Positions 1-10,433 of a stretch of DNA of 64,000 bases are shown in pieces. The position numbers and the translations under genes are program-made. Within the stretch, counting starts at the first letter, position 1. Every line of letters starts with the position of its first letter. This stretch comes from Candidatus Krumholzibacteriota bacterium (GTDB lineage Bacteria > Krumholzibacteriota > Krumholzibacteriia > Krumholzibacteriales > WJIX01), in contig JAXHNR010000002.1 of NCBI GenBank assembly GCA_034520215.1, forward strand, positions 344,642-408,641, given 5' to 3'. The notes beneath the pieces were generated by a model. That model was not told the DNA's origin. It saw nothing but the letters and a program-made list of their open reading frames with translations, and did no database searches.

Positions 1-191
1 AGATTTAAGGATTCTAAATGAAATAAAACTGGGGATAAAGAAATAAAAAAGAAAAACTATTAAATATCATAGAATACATAAAGATGCTTGAATTGTTAGC
101 TGCTGGAACATAGTATATTATATATAATAAAAACTTTTATTTATGGGGTCAATCTTTCAAAAGAACAATTTTGTTAATAGTTTGGTGCTAA

Positions 192-821
192 ATGATTGAA
201 ATATTAAAGCAGTTAGGTTTTTCTGCATTAGGCGTAATATTGTTAACATTACTTTTTTTAGTCGGGAAAGAAGTATGGGGTATAGTTAAAGCAAAAAGAT
301 TACAATCGCTTCATGATACTTTGAGCAAAATGCTTGATGAATTAGATCATAGAATCAGCGAATTCTACTTACCTATGTACCAAAGATTGATTACAATGGA
401 AAGTTTGTTTAATGTAACCCGTTCTTGGTTAAATACTAAATCAGAATATCATAATTCTATATTAAATATTAAATCGTCAAATTCAAGAGCCTTAAGAAAT
501 ATTGTAGTAAGACGATTTTTCTTACCATTAAACACGGGCATTGAAAATCTTATACTTAATCAATTGTATCATAAAGTTTCTACGGATGATACCGATTATT
601 CAAAATTACTTTTTCATTATACAATGTGGCGGGCACTGGAGGAAGCTATAATTAATGATGAAATAGAATCATATAGTGCATCAGATTTACTAACTTTTCC
701 TGCTGAGGAGGCAGAAAAACAAAAACGCTGTTGCCGGGAACTTTTAGAAAAACAGAATACCCTTAGAAAGAAAATTATAAAATTAGAGAAAGTACTTTTC
801 CATTGGATTCCGAAAAGTTAA
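192..821 (+). CDS. hypothetical protein with a hydrophobic N-terminal segment; its 3' end overlaps the rSAM gene start by 19 nt, suggesting co-operonic coupling
   Basis: 209-aa ORF. N-terminal LGFSALGVILLTLLFLVG looks like a TM helix. The overlap with the downstream rSAM gene suggests translational coupling. No recognisable catalytic motif. Confidence 0.35.
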   Translation: MIEILKQLGFSALGVILLTLLFLVGKEVWGIVKAKRLQSLHDTLSKMLDELDHRISEFYLPMYQRLITMESLFNVTRSWLNTKSEYHNSILNIKSSNSRALRNIVVRRFFLPLNTGIENLILNQLYHKVSTDDTDYSKLLFHYTMWRALEEAIINDEIESYSASDLLTFPAEEAEKQKRCCRELLEKQNTLRKKIIKLEKVLFHWIPKS

Positions 822-2119
822 AAACCTCTGTATATATTGGGACTATACAATTATCTAATCATGCTTCATTAATATGGTCTGGGTTGACGGGTTATATCGG
901 TGTAGTTTCACCAAATATTGCTCGTATGATTATCAACGAGTCTTTTGATACAATCCCTAATAAATACTTAGTTACACTAATTAAAAATGGGGTATTAGTA
1001 AAAGAGAACATCAATGAAAATCAGTTATTAAAAGAAATCGTGCTTGCAGATGCATTACAGCAAAAAAGAAAATCTGCTCCTAATATGACAATATTCCTTT
1101 CTTATCAATGCAATTGTAAATGTATATATTGCTATCAAAAAAACAAAAATATCCCTGCATTTATAGATAAAGTCACAATAGACAAATCTATAAATTATGC
1201 CAAATTAAATTATAAGGATAATAGGCTTTTAAAAATTCATCTATTTGGTGGTGAACCGTTACTTGATATAGATTTGCTTCATTATATTGTCAAGGCATTT
1301 GAAAAAGCAAAAAATGAATGCAATTGGGATAAGATATTATATGAAATTACAACTAATGGAACTTTATGGTCAAAAAACATTGAACGGATTTTTTCAAAAG
1401 AAAATCTTTACAAAGTGCAGGTTTCTTTTGATGGTCTTAGAAATAATCATAATCTTTTACGACCCTTGAGTAGAGATGGAAAATCTTCTTTCGACATCCT
1501 GTGGAATAATTTAACTGAAATATCTGATAGAACCCAGAAATTGATTTGCAGATTAAATGTATGCGAAGAAAATAAAGAAGACATAATACCTTTAGCACAG
1601 CGAATTATAAATCTGCTTGGTTCTAGTAATCTAGATATTTATTTGTCGCATTTACGTTTTGAAAATACAAAAGAATTTAATACTATTTCAGGTCATGAAT
1701 ATTCAAATATTTTGTATGACTTTTTCTCATGGTATTATTCTGAATTTTTGCGAGCACACCCATTTCTTGTGCCCAAGAAACGTTATTTATCATGTTACGC
1801 AGCATTTAGAATACCGAAGTGGATCTCAACTAATGGAGAGTTATTTCAATGTCAGCACCAAGCTGAATTAGGTGTGCCACAAACAATTAATTTGGACAGC
1901 TTCTTGGAAAATCCTCAACATAGCATAGATTTTCAAACTTTTGATGATTTTTTGAGCTTAGATAATATTATGCTTGACAAATGCATTGGTTGCAAATACT
2001 ATACTTTTTGTGGGGGAATATGTCCAGCAGGGATATTATCCAATGATATCGAAAACCCTTCATGTGATACATGGGAAATGCGATTATCATTATATGGGGA
2101 ACAAGTTTTATTAAAATAG
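803..2119 (+). CDS. radical SAM enzyme with C-terminal SPASM-type auxiliary cluster domain (peptide/RiPP maturase-like)
   Basis: CNCKCIYC matches the CxxxCxxC radical-SAM motif near residue 100. A GGEPLL-like glycine-rich SAM-binding region is present (FGGEPLL). C-terminal Cys cluster CIGCKYYTFCGGICPAG is typical of SPASM domains. Confidence 0.75.
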   Translation: MDSEKLKTSVYIGTIQLSNHASLIWSGLTGYIGVVSPNIARMIINESFDTIPNKYLVTLIKNGVLVKENINENQLLKEIVLADALQQKRKSAPNMTIFLSYQCNCKCIYCYQKNKNIPAFIDKVTIDKSINYAKLNYKDNRLLKIHLFGGEPLLDIDLLHYIVKAFEKAKNECNWDKILYEITTNGTLWSKNIERIFSKENLYKVQVSFDGLRNNHNLLRPLSRDGKSSFDILWNNLTEISDRTQKLICRLNVCEENKEDIIPLAQRIINLLGSSNLDIYLSHLRFENTKEFNTISGHEYSNILYDFFSWYYSEFLRAHPFLVPKKRYLSCYAAFRIPKWISTNGELFQCQHQAELGVPQTINLDSFLENPQHSIDFQTFDDFLSLDNIMLDKCIGCKYYTFCGGICPAGILSNDIENPSCDTWEMRLSLYGEQVLLK

Positions 2120-2128
2120 GAGGCGGAG

Positions 2129-2284
2129 ATGAAAATTAGAACAGTGAAAAAAGGATGGAATGTTGAGGCCGTTGATCCTGTTAATATAGCAAAACGAACA
2201 GTAAGAGAAATGGATTTTAACTGTGGAGATTATGATTCGGGTAAATTGAGTGACCAAAATTGTGGTCTAGAAGACCGAGTCTAG
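2129..2284 (+). CDS. candidate 51-aa RiPP precursor peptide (below the 60-aa ORF cutoff, so absent from the supplied track)
   Basis: ATG at 2129 lies 9 nt after the rSAM stop and is preceded by GGAGGCGGAG. Translation: MKIRTVKKGWNVEAVDPVNIAKRTVREMDFNCGDYDSGKLSDQNCGLEDRV. The C-terminal half repeats an NCG motif around two Cys residues. Confidence 0.4.
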   Translation: MKIRTVKKGWNVEAVDPVNIAKRTVREMDFNCGDYDSGKLSDQNCGLEDRV

Positions 2285-2934
2285 TGGAAGATTGATCTTT
2301 TTCATAAATATTTATATTTATTCATCAACTAAAAACTAATACAAAAGGGATCAACAGTAAACATCTCAGCTTAAATTGCTGTCTATTACTTAAGACTTTT
2401 ATATAATTTGAATGTGATTTTAGTTACACATTATCTTTAATTGTAATTTTATTAAATATAATGGTTAAGAATCGCTTTGTTATTTATAATGGCTTGTTGC
2501 TTACGGGGGGAACAACACCATTCTCAGCCTTGAGATCTATAATCTCTTTGTGAAGTTAATTTCATATAATATGATTTTAATATTTAATTCTGGATATAAT
2601 ATTCAGAGCATTATAAATATCATTGACTTTAGATGTTTGACATTCCTACAAAATTAATCCTTTTTTTATTGGAAGGGGAATTGAATATAGAATAAATATT
2701 AGGTGTAGTTTCGCTCTTCGTATAACACTTATGAGGCCTCCCACTGTCAAGGCAAAAAGTTACCCAATAACGAGCGGTTAAATCTCCAGTTTTTTTATCA
2801 TAGGTCCATATCCCAACTTAATTTCTGATTTGGCCGCCGGGAAGTCCCTGCGGCCAAAAATTTATACAGGTTCACAGTTCAAAAATTAACTGGGGAAACT
2901 TTAAGCTTCACACGACCTAGAAACACATTGGTTT

Positions 2935-3000
2935 CTGATCAGCGACACTCAAAATTCCCGCTAACGACAATTATAATTACCGGTTTAAAGGGGATTTTGA
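2935..3000 (+). repeat. IS21-family (type 1) left-end-like multi-repeat
   Basis: cgacactcaaaattcccgctaacgacaattataattaccgg resembles the left terminus of the complete IS at 34667 (gtctagcgacaattatttttcccgtctggcgacaattagaattcccgg). Confidence 0.35.
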
Positions 3001-3049
3001 TAAACTATCCGCCCAAAATGGGTAAGGAACGTTTTGAAGATGGCACTTG

Positions 3050-3268
3050 CAAGTCCGATGAGAACAAAAATCGTTGTAAACTTATCTCATCCATACCATC
3101 GTCAAGAGGCCAGCTCAGGCCTTTATCAGAGGCGCGGCTCAGATACTCATAGACCGTACTCTTATCTACAGAACAACTTTTTGCTATTTGCCTGACGCTG
3201 AGCTCAACCTCATTCTTTAACCTTAGTATTTCTTTTATTTTGCGCATTGATAACCTCTTTGCTGGCAT
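3050..3268 (-). pseudogene. istA: IS21-family transposase IstA, N-terminal HTH fragment (truncated after about 70 aa)
   Basis: MRKIKEILRLK...LSVRQIAKSCSVDKSTVYEYL...GLSWPLDD is the conserved IstA N-terminal helix-turn-helix region. The reading frame breaks after RFLFSSD. Confidence 0.7.
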
Positions 3269-3379
3269 TTGTACCTCCCGTTTAATTATCTACAAAGGGT
3301 ATAGATTACTATTTTTCTGGTTATCCAGCGCCGCCATTTATCTCTTGTCGCTATTGATTATCAAACCTTTGATCAGATG

Positions 3380-3445
3380 TCCGGAATCAATCGGAATCAC
3401 TGTCCGGCTTGCACCGGAATATACACCGTTAATTTCTTGTTGTTA
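3380..3445. repeat. IS21-family (type 2) terminal repeat block
   Basis: Several ccggaat motifs (gtccggaatcaatcggaatcactgtccggcttgcaccggaatatacac). The caccggaatatacac terminus is the same as at 21852-21866. Confidence 0.4.
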
Positions 3446-4740
3446 GCGCTGGCGATTCTCCCCCAATAATTCAAAAGAATAAAAAATTATGATATACGAA
3501 CTTATCGGCAAGGATTCGTATAGAAATCGGTAGGGTTTTAATTTTAGTGAGCTTCGAAATCATAGATTCATGTGGTTACAAGATGTCTTATAGTTCAGTG
3601 ACGTTTTAGCTATCAATCTTACCTTTTAGGCTATTTTGAACCTATATAAAAACAAAATTTATTCATTTAAACACCCAAATATTTCATTTCAAAGATAATC
3701 GGAAAAATTCGTAAATATTCAAAATAAGCAATAAAAGCATTGAAATGTAGTAATACCACCAGATGTCTTTTTGTTTCAATAACTCAGCCACTGTTGTCAG
3801 AGTTTTTTTATAAAATGACCTAATCTATAAGAATATAGAGGACAGTCTGTTGATGAACAGAATCTGATCGCCTTATAACTTCCAGCTGCACAATTTAAAC
3901 ATTTTGATCGTATAGCTTTCCATAACATTTTTTTTGGTACTTTTACTTTTCCCATTTAATAGCCTCCTTACGGTTTTACCAAGTGTGCAAGGCTTGTTGT
4001 ATTATGAAAAAAATACTAATTGGTTACCGGTTCGGCGATCAGGCAATTTCTAACCTATCTCAGTCAGCGACCCCATTTTTTATCTTGATTCTCCATCCGG
4101 TTCTTAGTTTCCCATAGGACTCTGAATATCAATCTGTCACTTTGTATGGTACATTTCGGCCGTCCTTTTGTTTTTGAAATCGCAAGGATTTTGAGCGCTG
4201 TTTCGTTAATACCTTTCGCTTTCACTTTTCTTCTTGCCCCATTGTACCAATAATCCGGCTTTAACAATTTATTGCTTTTTCAGCAGAGCCAAAATAGTGA
4301 TAACCCAGAGATGCATTTGATTTTTTTCTTCACCAATTCATTATTACCGATTGATATGAGTTGACAATTCAGGAAATAAAAAAATCGCATAAAGAGGGGA
4401 ATTGCATATTTTTACGTCATGTTTCAAATTAAATAATGTAGTTCGGGATAATAGGTTGGGATTATATTTTTTATCATAAAACAATAAATTTTTACTGCGC
4501 AGATTAATTCCCGCTTTGGCTTCAAGTGGATATCTCCCATTTTAACATGATAAAATGTGATAACAGGCTTTTTCCCCATGTTAAAATATTTTAGTTTTAA
4601 GCGTATCCCAAGCTCAAGAAAATTATTCTTGCCCACAATTCAGAAGATGTTTGACAGTAACTGCCACTAACTGTAAAGTGAATAACTATTGTAATCCATT
4701 TAGAAGAGACTTTTATTCCGAAGCTTTAGAGGTGTACCTG

Positions 4741-4920
4741 ATGAATAGAACCCCTGGCGATATTCTGACCATCGAAGAGCTATCCGCGTACCTGAAAATT
4801 TCTAAATCTACGCTCTATAAGCTTGTTCGGGAAGACAAGATTCCGTCACACAAGGTAGGACGGCACTGGCGTTTCCGGAAGGAGACAATCGATAGATGGT
4901 TGGATGAGAAGCGAATTTAA
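4741..4920 (+). CDS. small helix-turn-helix DNA-binding protein (excisionase/MerR-like HTH_17 type), possible regulator of the downstream BREX operon
   Basis: LTIEELSAYLKISKSTLYKLVREDKIPSHKVGRHWRFRKETIDRWL is the classic excisionase-family HTH. The start was moved to the internal ATG at 4741 (MNRTPGD...). Confidence 0.5.
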   Translation: MNRTPGDILTIEELSAYLKISKSTLYKLVREDKIPSHKVGRHWRFRKETIDRWLDEKRI

Positions 4921-4946
4921 GAACCTGATAGAAAGAAAGAACAATA

Positions 4947-5423
4947 ATGGCAGAGCCGCTCACAGATAAGATTATGAATAAAATCAAAAAAACAAATGCG
5001 TTATATTACCGGCTGATGTTGGTTGTTGCTCCAGCGGGATCGGGAAAAACTACTACTCTTCAAAATGTACAAGAACATGTTGGCGCTCCAGTATTTAACA
5101 TCAATCTTGAATTGTCACAACAGATGCTTGACATGACTGAGCGCCAGCGAGCGTTGCAGCTTTCACGACTAATGAGAGATATTATAAAGGATACAGCTGG
5201 TGAACTTGTTTTGTTTGACAACATAGAGATTTTATTTAATGTGTCACTAAAGCAGGATCCTCTGAAAATTCTTCAGGGAATTTCTCGTAACAAGACAGTA
5301 GTTGCATCATGGAATGGCTACATTGACGGCGACAACTTGATATATGCTGAACCAAACCATCCGGAATACAGACGCTATAAAATCCGTGATTTTCTGGTGG
5401 TGAGTCCGGAGGTTACGCCATGA
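4947..5423 (+). CDS. brxF: small P-loop NTPase, BrxF-like (BREX type 3 accessory ATPase)
   Basis: Walker A VVAPAGSGKTTTL. About 158 aa. Sits immediately upstream of the BrxC-like gene, as in type 3 BREX. Confidence 0.45.
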   Translation: MAEPLTDKIMNKIKKTNALYYRLMLVVAPAGSGKTTTLQNVQEHVGAPVFNINLELSQQMLDMTERQRALQLSRLMRDIIKDTAGELVLFDNIEILFNVSLKQDPLKILQGISRNKTVVASWNGYIDGDNLIYAEPNHPEYRRYKIRDFLVVSPEVTP

Positions 5424-5457
5424 ATTTGGCTGAGAAAATTACAGGGAGGTATATGGA

Positions 5458-8400
5458 ATGAAATATGGTGATCTAATTCAGTTTGAGCCTATCGAGTCCG
5501 TAGTTCAGTTGCGGGATGCTGATGGTGCAGTTGCCGCACGGCAGCTTGTAAGTACCTATGTTATTTCTGATGAAATGGCTGATAAATTTTCCAATATTGT
5601 GATTCCTCAACTTCAGTTTGAAAAACCAATTGACAATAAAGGACTGCTTGTAGTAGGTAATTACGGAGCCGGTAAATCACACCTAATGTCGGTAATTTCC
5701 GCACTTGCCGAGAACCCTGATCTCGCCTCCAGTATAAACGATGCGAAGGTTGCAGCTGCTGCCTCAAGGATTAGTGGAAAATTTAAGGTTGTACGAACCG
5801 AGATAGGGGCTACCACCATGTCTCTGCGTGACATCATTGTAGCCGAGCTCGAAGAACATTTGGGGGAGATGGATATTAATTATAATTTTCCATCTGCAGA
5901 CGATGTAGTTAACAACAAGAGTTCCTTTGAGGAGATGATGGCTGCATTTCACCAGAAGTATCCAGATAACGGTTTGCTCCTGGTGGTTGACGAGCTGCTC
6001 GACTATCTGCGTACACGCAAAGACCAGGAACTCATTCTGGACTTAAATTTTCTCCGTGAAATCGGTGAGGTCTGCAAGGATCTGCGGTTCCGCTTTATAG
6101 CCGGTGTGCAGGAAGCCATATTCGACAGTCCCCGTTTTTCCTTCGTATCCGACAGTATTCGCCGTGTAAAGGATCGTTTCGAACAGATTCTCATCGCCAG
6201 TAAGGATGTTAAGTTTGTAGTAGCAGAACGACTTCTCAAGAAAACTGCGGAGCAGCAAAATAAAATTCAGGAGTATCTCACACCTTATGCAAAATTATAC
6301 GGGCATATGAATGAACGCATGAACGAGTTCGTTCGGTTGTTCCCCGTACATCCTGACTACATCGATACATTTGAACGTGTAACTTCGGTGGAAAAACGTC
6401 AAGTGTTAAAGACCCTGTCTATGGCGATGAAAAAACGTCTAAGCGATGATATTCCGAAAGATAGGCCTGGTCTTATTGCCTACGATACCTATTGGAACAG
6501 GCTATGTGAAAACCCTTCGTTTCGTTCCGTGCCCGACATCAAGGCTGTTATCGACTGCAGCCGGGTGCTGGAGTCTCGTATAGAGCAGGCTTTCACACGC
6601 CCGCCCTACAAGCCCATGGCGATTCGGCTTATCCATGCACTATCTGTGCATCGGCTTACTACTGGCGATATTCATGCTACTCTCGGGGCTACACCCAAGG
6701 AACTGCGGGATGCGCTCTGTCTTTATCAGCCTGAGATTGAGGATTTGGGTGGTGATCCGGCCGATGATCTGCTTTCTCATGTAGAAACAGTTCTGCGGGA
6801 AATTCATAAGACAGTAAGCGGACAGTTTATCTCCGTTAACCCTGCCAACCAGCAATTCTATCTTGATCTTAAGAAAACCGATGACTTCGATGCCCTGATT
6901 GAAAAACGGGCCGAAAGTCTCGATATATCCCAGCTCGATCGCTATTACTATGCAGCCCTGAGAATTGTTATGGAGTGTGCAGATCGGACTTATGTTACCG
7001 GCTACAAAATATGGCAGCACGAACTGGAATGGCTGGAATGTAAAGCATCCCGCCAAGGGTATCTCTTCTTTGGAGCGCCCAACGAGCGTTCTACCGCCGT
7101 TCCACCGCGTGATTTCTATATCTATTTCATCCAGCCCTTTGAAACGCCGAAGTTTAAGGATAAAAAAAAAGCAGATGAAGTATTTCTGCATTTGAAAAAC
7201 CCGGGCGATGAGTTCCGTACCACACTCAGCAATTACGCTGCAGCGCTCGATCTTGCATCCACTTCTTCAGGGCATGCCAAATCTACCTATGAATCTAAAT
7301 CATCGAATTTCGTGCGCGATCTGGTGCAGTGGCTGCAGAAGCATATGACAGACGCATTTGAAGTGACCTATCAGGGACGCAGCAAAACCATCACTGAGTG
7401 GAACAAAGGCAAATCTATACGCGAACTTTCTGGTATCGCCTCACACGAGCGGCTCAACTTCCGTGATTTAATAAACACAGTGGCGGGCGTATGCCTCGCC
7501 CCGAATTTTAAGGAACAGGCGCCTGAGTATCCGCATTTTTCAGTTCTCATTACCAGCGACAACAGGGCACAAGCTGCTCAGGATGCACTCCGTTTCATAG
7601 CGGGTCAAAAAGCCACAAAACAGGGTACGGCTGTTCTTGACGCATTGGAGCTTCTTGATGGTGAACGTCTCGATCCCTATAAATCAAAGTATGTCAAGTA
7701 TATCCTCGGGTTGCTCAAGAAGAAGGGTCGTGGTCAGGTAATCAATCGTTCGGAATTGATCCAGGATGTATTTAGTGTAGAATACCTCGCCCCACAGACC
7801 CTGAGGCTCGAACCGGAGTGGGCTGTCGTAATTCTAGCCGTACTGGTTTATACCGGCGATTTGGTGTTGGTTATCCCGGGCAAAAAGTTTGATGCAACGG
7901 AGCTTCCTAAACTCGCCGGAACCAAAGTGGAGGATCTGGCTCAGTTCAAACACATCAAGCAACCAAAGGATTGGAATTTACCAGCGTTAAAGACATTGTT
8001 CGAACTACTTGATCTTACACCCGGTATGGCCCGGCTGATCTCACAGGGGAAAGGGGAACCAGTACAGCAGCTTCAGAAAGCAATTACGCAAAGGGTAGAG
8101 AAACTGGTTCGTATCAGACAGAATTTGCAGGATGGTATACCGTTCTGGGGAAGCAAGTTGTTTGAAGAAAAGGAGTCACAAAAAATTTTAACCCGGCTGG
8201 ATAAAACGAAGGATTTTCTGGAATCCATGCAGGCTTATTCCTCTCCGGGCAAGCTTAAGAATTTTCGCTACGATACAAAAGAAGTCAAAAACCACCGGGA
8301 TGGAATTAAAACCCTAAAAGAGATCGAATCGCTTCAGGAATTGGTAAAGGACTTGGGGGGCACTGCTTTCTATCTGTCAACAGCTGAAGCGGTCTTACCA

Positions 8401-9186
8401 TCTGATTATGAGTGGACAGACAAGATAAAAACTGCCAGGAAGGATGTTTTAGAAAAAATTATCGATCCGAAAAAGCGCGATGCAACGAATTTTCGCCAGA
8501 ATATGATGCGCAAACTCACCAAACTAAAGAAGGAATATCATAAAATATACCTGACAATGCACACCAAGGCACGGCTGGGGGTGAATTACGATAAACGCAA
8601 AACTCGCCTGACGAAGGACGAACGGCTCAAAGTATTGCAGAAACTATCGACTATTGATCTGATGCCGCGTCAGCATCTGAGCGATTTCCAGAACCGACTT
8701 GCAGGTCTGAAGAGTTGTTTTGCTTTTACAGAGCAGGACCTCGATGTTTCTCCAGTTTGTCCGCACTGCGACTACAGGCCTGGAGAAGAAATACCAGCGG
8801 TACCTGCCGAAAACTTGATCGACGAACTTGATGATGTGCTCGATAAACTTGTTAATGACTGGATTCGAACGCTTCTTAACAACATGGAGGATCCCACTAC
8901 AAAGGAACATTTGGAACTGCTTAAGCCCAAACAAAAGAAATTGGTAAAAGGTTTTATCAAAAGCAGGGAGCTGCCGGAGGATATGGATCAGGTTTTCATT
9001 AATGCGCTAAGGGAAGTACTCTCAGGATTGGTGAAGGTGTCGGTAAAAACAGCTGATATACGAGAAGCGCTCCTGGTAGGAGGTTCTCCCGCCACACTGC
9101 AAGAGATGAAAAAACGGTTTGAGCACTACATCGACGAGCTTTCCAAGGGAAAGGAACCCGGCAAGGTGCGGGTTGTATTGGAGTAG
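5458..9186 (+). CDS. brxC: BREX BrxC/PglY large P-loop ATPase
   Basis: 1242 aa. N-terminal Walker [13 protein letters not shown]. Size and position fit BrxC, with PglZ and a methyltransferase in the same operon. Confidence 0.7.
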   Translation: MKYGDLIQFEPIESVVQLRDADGAVAARQLVSTYVISDEMADKFSNIVIPQLQFEKPIDNKGLLVVGNYGAGKSHLMSVISALAENPDLASSINDAKVAAAASRISGKFKVVRTEIGATTMSLRDIIVAELEEHLGEMDINYNFPSADDVVNNKSSFEEMMAAFHQKYPDNGLLLVVDELLDYLRTRKDQELILDLNFLREIGEVCKDLRFRFIAGVQEAIFDSPRFSFVSDSIRRVKDRFEQILIASKDVKFVVAERLLKKTAEQQNKIQEYLTPYAKLYGHMNERMNEFVRLFPVHPDYIDTFERVTSVEKRQVLKTLSMAMKKRLSDDIPKDRPGLIAYDTYWNRLCENPSFRSVPDIKAVIDCSRVLESRIEQAFTRPPYKPMAIRLIHALSVHRLTTGDIHATLGATPKELRDALCLYQPEIEDLGGDPADDLLSHVETVLREIHKTVSGQFISVNPANQQFYLDLKKTDDFDALIEKRAESLDISQLDRYYYAALRIVMECADRTYVTGYKIWQHELEWLECKASRQGYLFFGAPNERSTAVPPRDFYIYFIQPFETPKFKDKKKADEVFLHLKNPGDEFRTTLSNYAAALDLASTSSGHAKSTYESKSSNFVRDLVQWLQKHMTDAFEVTYQGRSKTITEWNKGKSIRELSGIASHERLNFRDLINTVAGVCLAPNFKEQAPEYPHFSVLITSDNRAQAAQDALRFIAGQKATKQGTAVLDALELLDGERLDPYKSKYVKYILGLLKKKGRGQVINRSELIQDVFSVEYLAPQTLRLEPEWAVVILAVLVYTGDLVLVIPGKKFDATELPKLAGTKVEDLAQFKHIKQPKDWNLPALKTLFELLDLTPGMARLISQGKGEPVQQLQKAITQRVEKLVRIRQNLQDGIPFWGSKLFEEKESQKILTRLDKTKDFLESMQAYSSPGKLKNFRYDTKEVKNHRDGIKTLKEIESLQELVKDLGGTAFYLSTAEAVLPSDYEWTDKIKTARKDVLEKIIDPKKRDATNFRQNMMRKLTKLKKEYHKIYLTMHTKARLGVNYDKRKTRLTKDERLKVLQKLSTIDLMPRQHLSDFQNRLAGLKSCFAFTEQDLDVSPVCPHCDYRPGEEIPAVPAENLIDELDDVLDKLVNDWIRTLLNNMEDPTTKEHLELLKPKQKKLVKGFIKSRELPEDMDQVFINALREVLSGLVKVSVKTADIREALLVGGSPATLQEMKKRFEHYIDELSKGKEPGKVRVVLE

Positions 9187-9197
9187 GGATTTATTAT

Positions 9198-10364
9198 ATG
9201 AAAAAAAAATCAAAGAAATCAATAGAATCTGAAGGTAACCTTTTTAGTCGTGTTGTAACTATTTTGGAGCAGGCGCGAACAAATGTTATTCGCACAGTTA
9301 ATAACGAAATGGTGCTTGCATACTGGCAAATCGGACGAGAGATTGTCCAGTCAGTGCAGAGCGGTGATAAACGTGCTGGATATGGAAAGCAAGTTATTAA
9401 AGAGCTTTCTAAAGAGTTGAATAAAAAATACGGCAAGGGATTCTCTACAACAAATTTATGGTATTTTAGACAGTTCTATCTGGTGTATTCAGATCGGGAA
9501 CCCAGGATTCGCCACAAGGCGTGTGGAGAATTGAATTCTGGAGAAAAACTCCACAAGGCTTGTGGAGTTTCAAATGATTTAAGTATGGTTGTTGAAAAAT
9601 GCGAAGATATCAAAGGATTTTCCCCTCTCTTAAGCTGGTCGCATTATCGTACATTAAGTAAAGTTGAGCAAAAGAATGAACGCCTCTTTTACGAGATTGA
9701 GGCCGAAAAAGAAGGTTGGAGCGTTCCTGCCCTGCAACGCCAAATAGACTCCTTCCTTTTCCCTCGGCTTTTGAAAAGTAGGGATAAAGACGGAGTTATG
9801 GAGTTGGTAGAAAAAGGACAATTAATAAAAACTCCGAGTGACAGCATAAAAGATCCTTATATCCTTGATTTTCTTGGTCTGCCTGATTTTAAGCAAATAC
9901 ACGAATCAAAACTGGAAACTGCGATTATTGACAATCTACAATCATTCCTTCTGGAATTAGGTAAAGGATTTGCATTTGTTGCCCGGCAAAAACGTCTCCA
10001 GTACGAGGATGAATATTTCTATATTGATCTTGTTTTTTATAACTGCATTTTGAAGTGCTATCTTCTAATTGACCTGAAGATAGGTAAGTTGACACATCAG
10101 GATATCGGTCAGATGGACAGCTATATCCGGATGTACGATGATAAATATTTTACAGAGGGTGATAATCCATCAATAGGTCTTATTCTTTGCGCAAAGAAAA
10201 ACGAAACCATCGCCCGCTATTCGGTACTAAAAGACAGCAAACAGCTCTTCGCATCCAAATATATGCTCTGTCTGCCTACAGAGGAAGAGCTGCAGCAGGA
10301 ATTGGAGCGGGAACGGATACTAATTGAAAAGCTTCAATCCGAAGGAAAAGATGATCACGAATGA
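9198..10364 (+). CDS. DUF1016/YhcG-family PD-(D/E)xK nuclease
   Basis: C-terminal LELGKGFAFVARQKRL...YIDLVFYN...LLIDLKIGKL, with the D...D-x-K layout typical of the YhcG family. Inserted between brxC and the methyltransferase. Confidence 0.6.
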   Translation: MKKKSKKSIESEGNLFSRVVTILEQARTNVIRTVNNEMVLAYWQIGREIVQSVQSGDKRAGYGKQVIKELSKELNKKYGKGFSTTNLWYFRQFYLVYSDREPRIRHKACGELNSGEKLHKACGVSNDLSMVVEKCEDIKGFSPLLSWSHYRTLSKVEQKNERLFYEIEAEKEGWSVPALQRQIDSFLFPRLLKSRDKDGVMELVEKGQLIKTPSDSIKDPYILDFLGLPDFKQIHESKLETAIIDNLQSFLLELGKGFAFVARQKRLQYEDEYFYIDLVFYNCILKCYLLIDLKIGKLTHQDIGQMDSYIRMYDDKYFTEGDNPSIGLILCAKKNETIARYSVLKDSKQLFASKYMLCLPTEEELQQELERERILIEKLQSEGKDDHE

Positions 10365-10433
10365 AAAGGTATAAATTATCCACGACTGTTATTTGTGTTT
10401 ATTCGAATCCATTAATGGCCGAAGGGGTTATTT

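Noticed and set aside
2928-3152. 74-aa plus-strand ORF
   Set aside because: It is translated across the IS21 left-end repeat and antisense to the IstA fragment. IS debris, not a gene.
5561-7191. Multiple minus-strand ORFs (for example 5561-5767, 6003-6258, 6640-7191) inside the brxC gene
   Set aside because: They are fully nested antisense to a 1242-aa gene with clear ATPase motifs. No RBS or motif content. Typical antisense ORFs of a GC-balanced gene.
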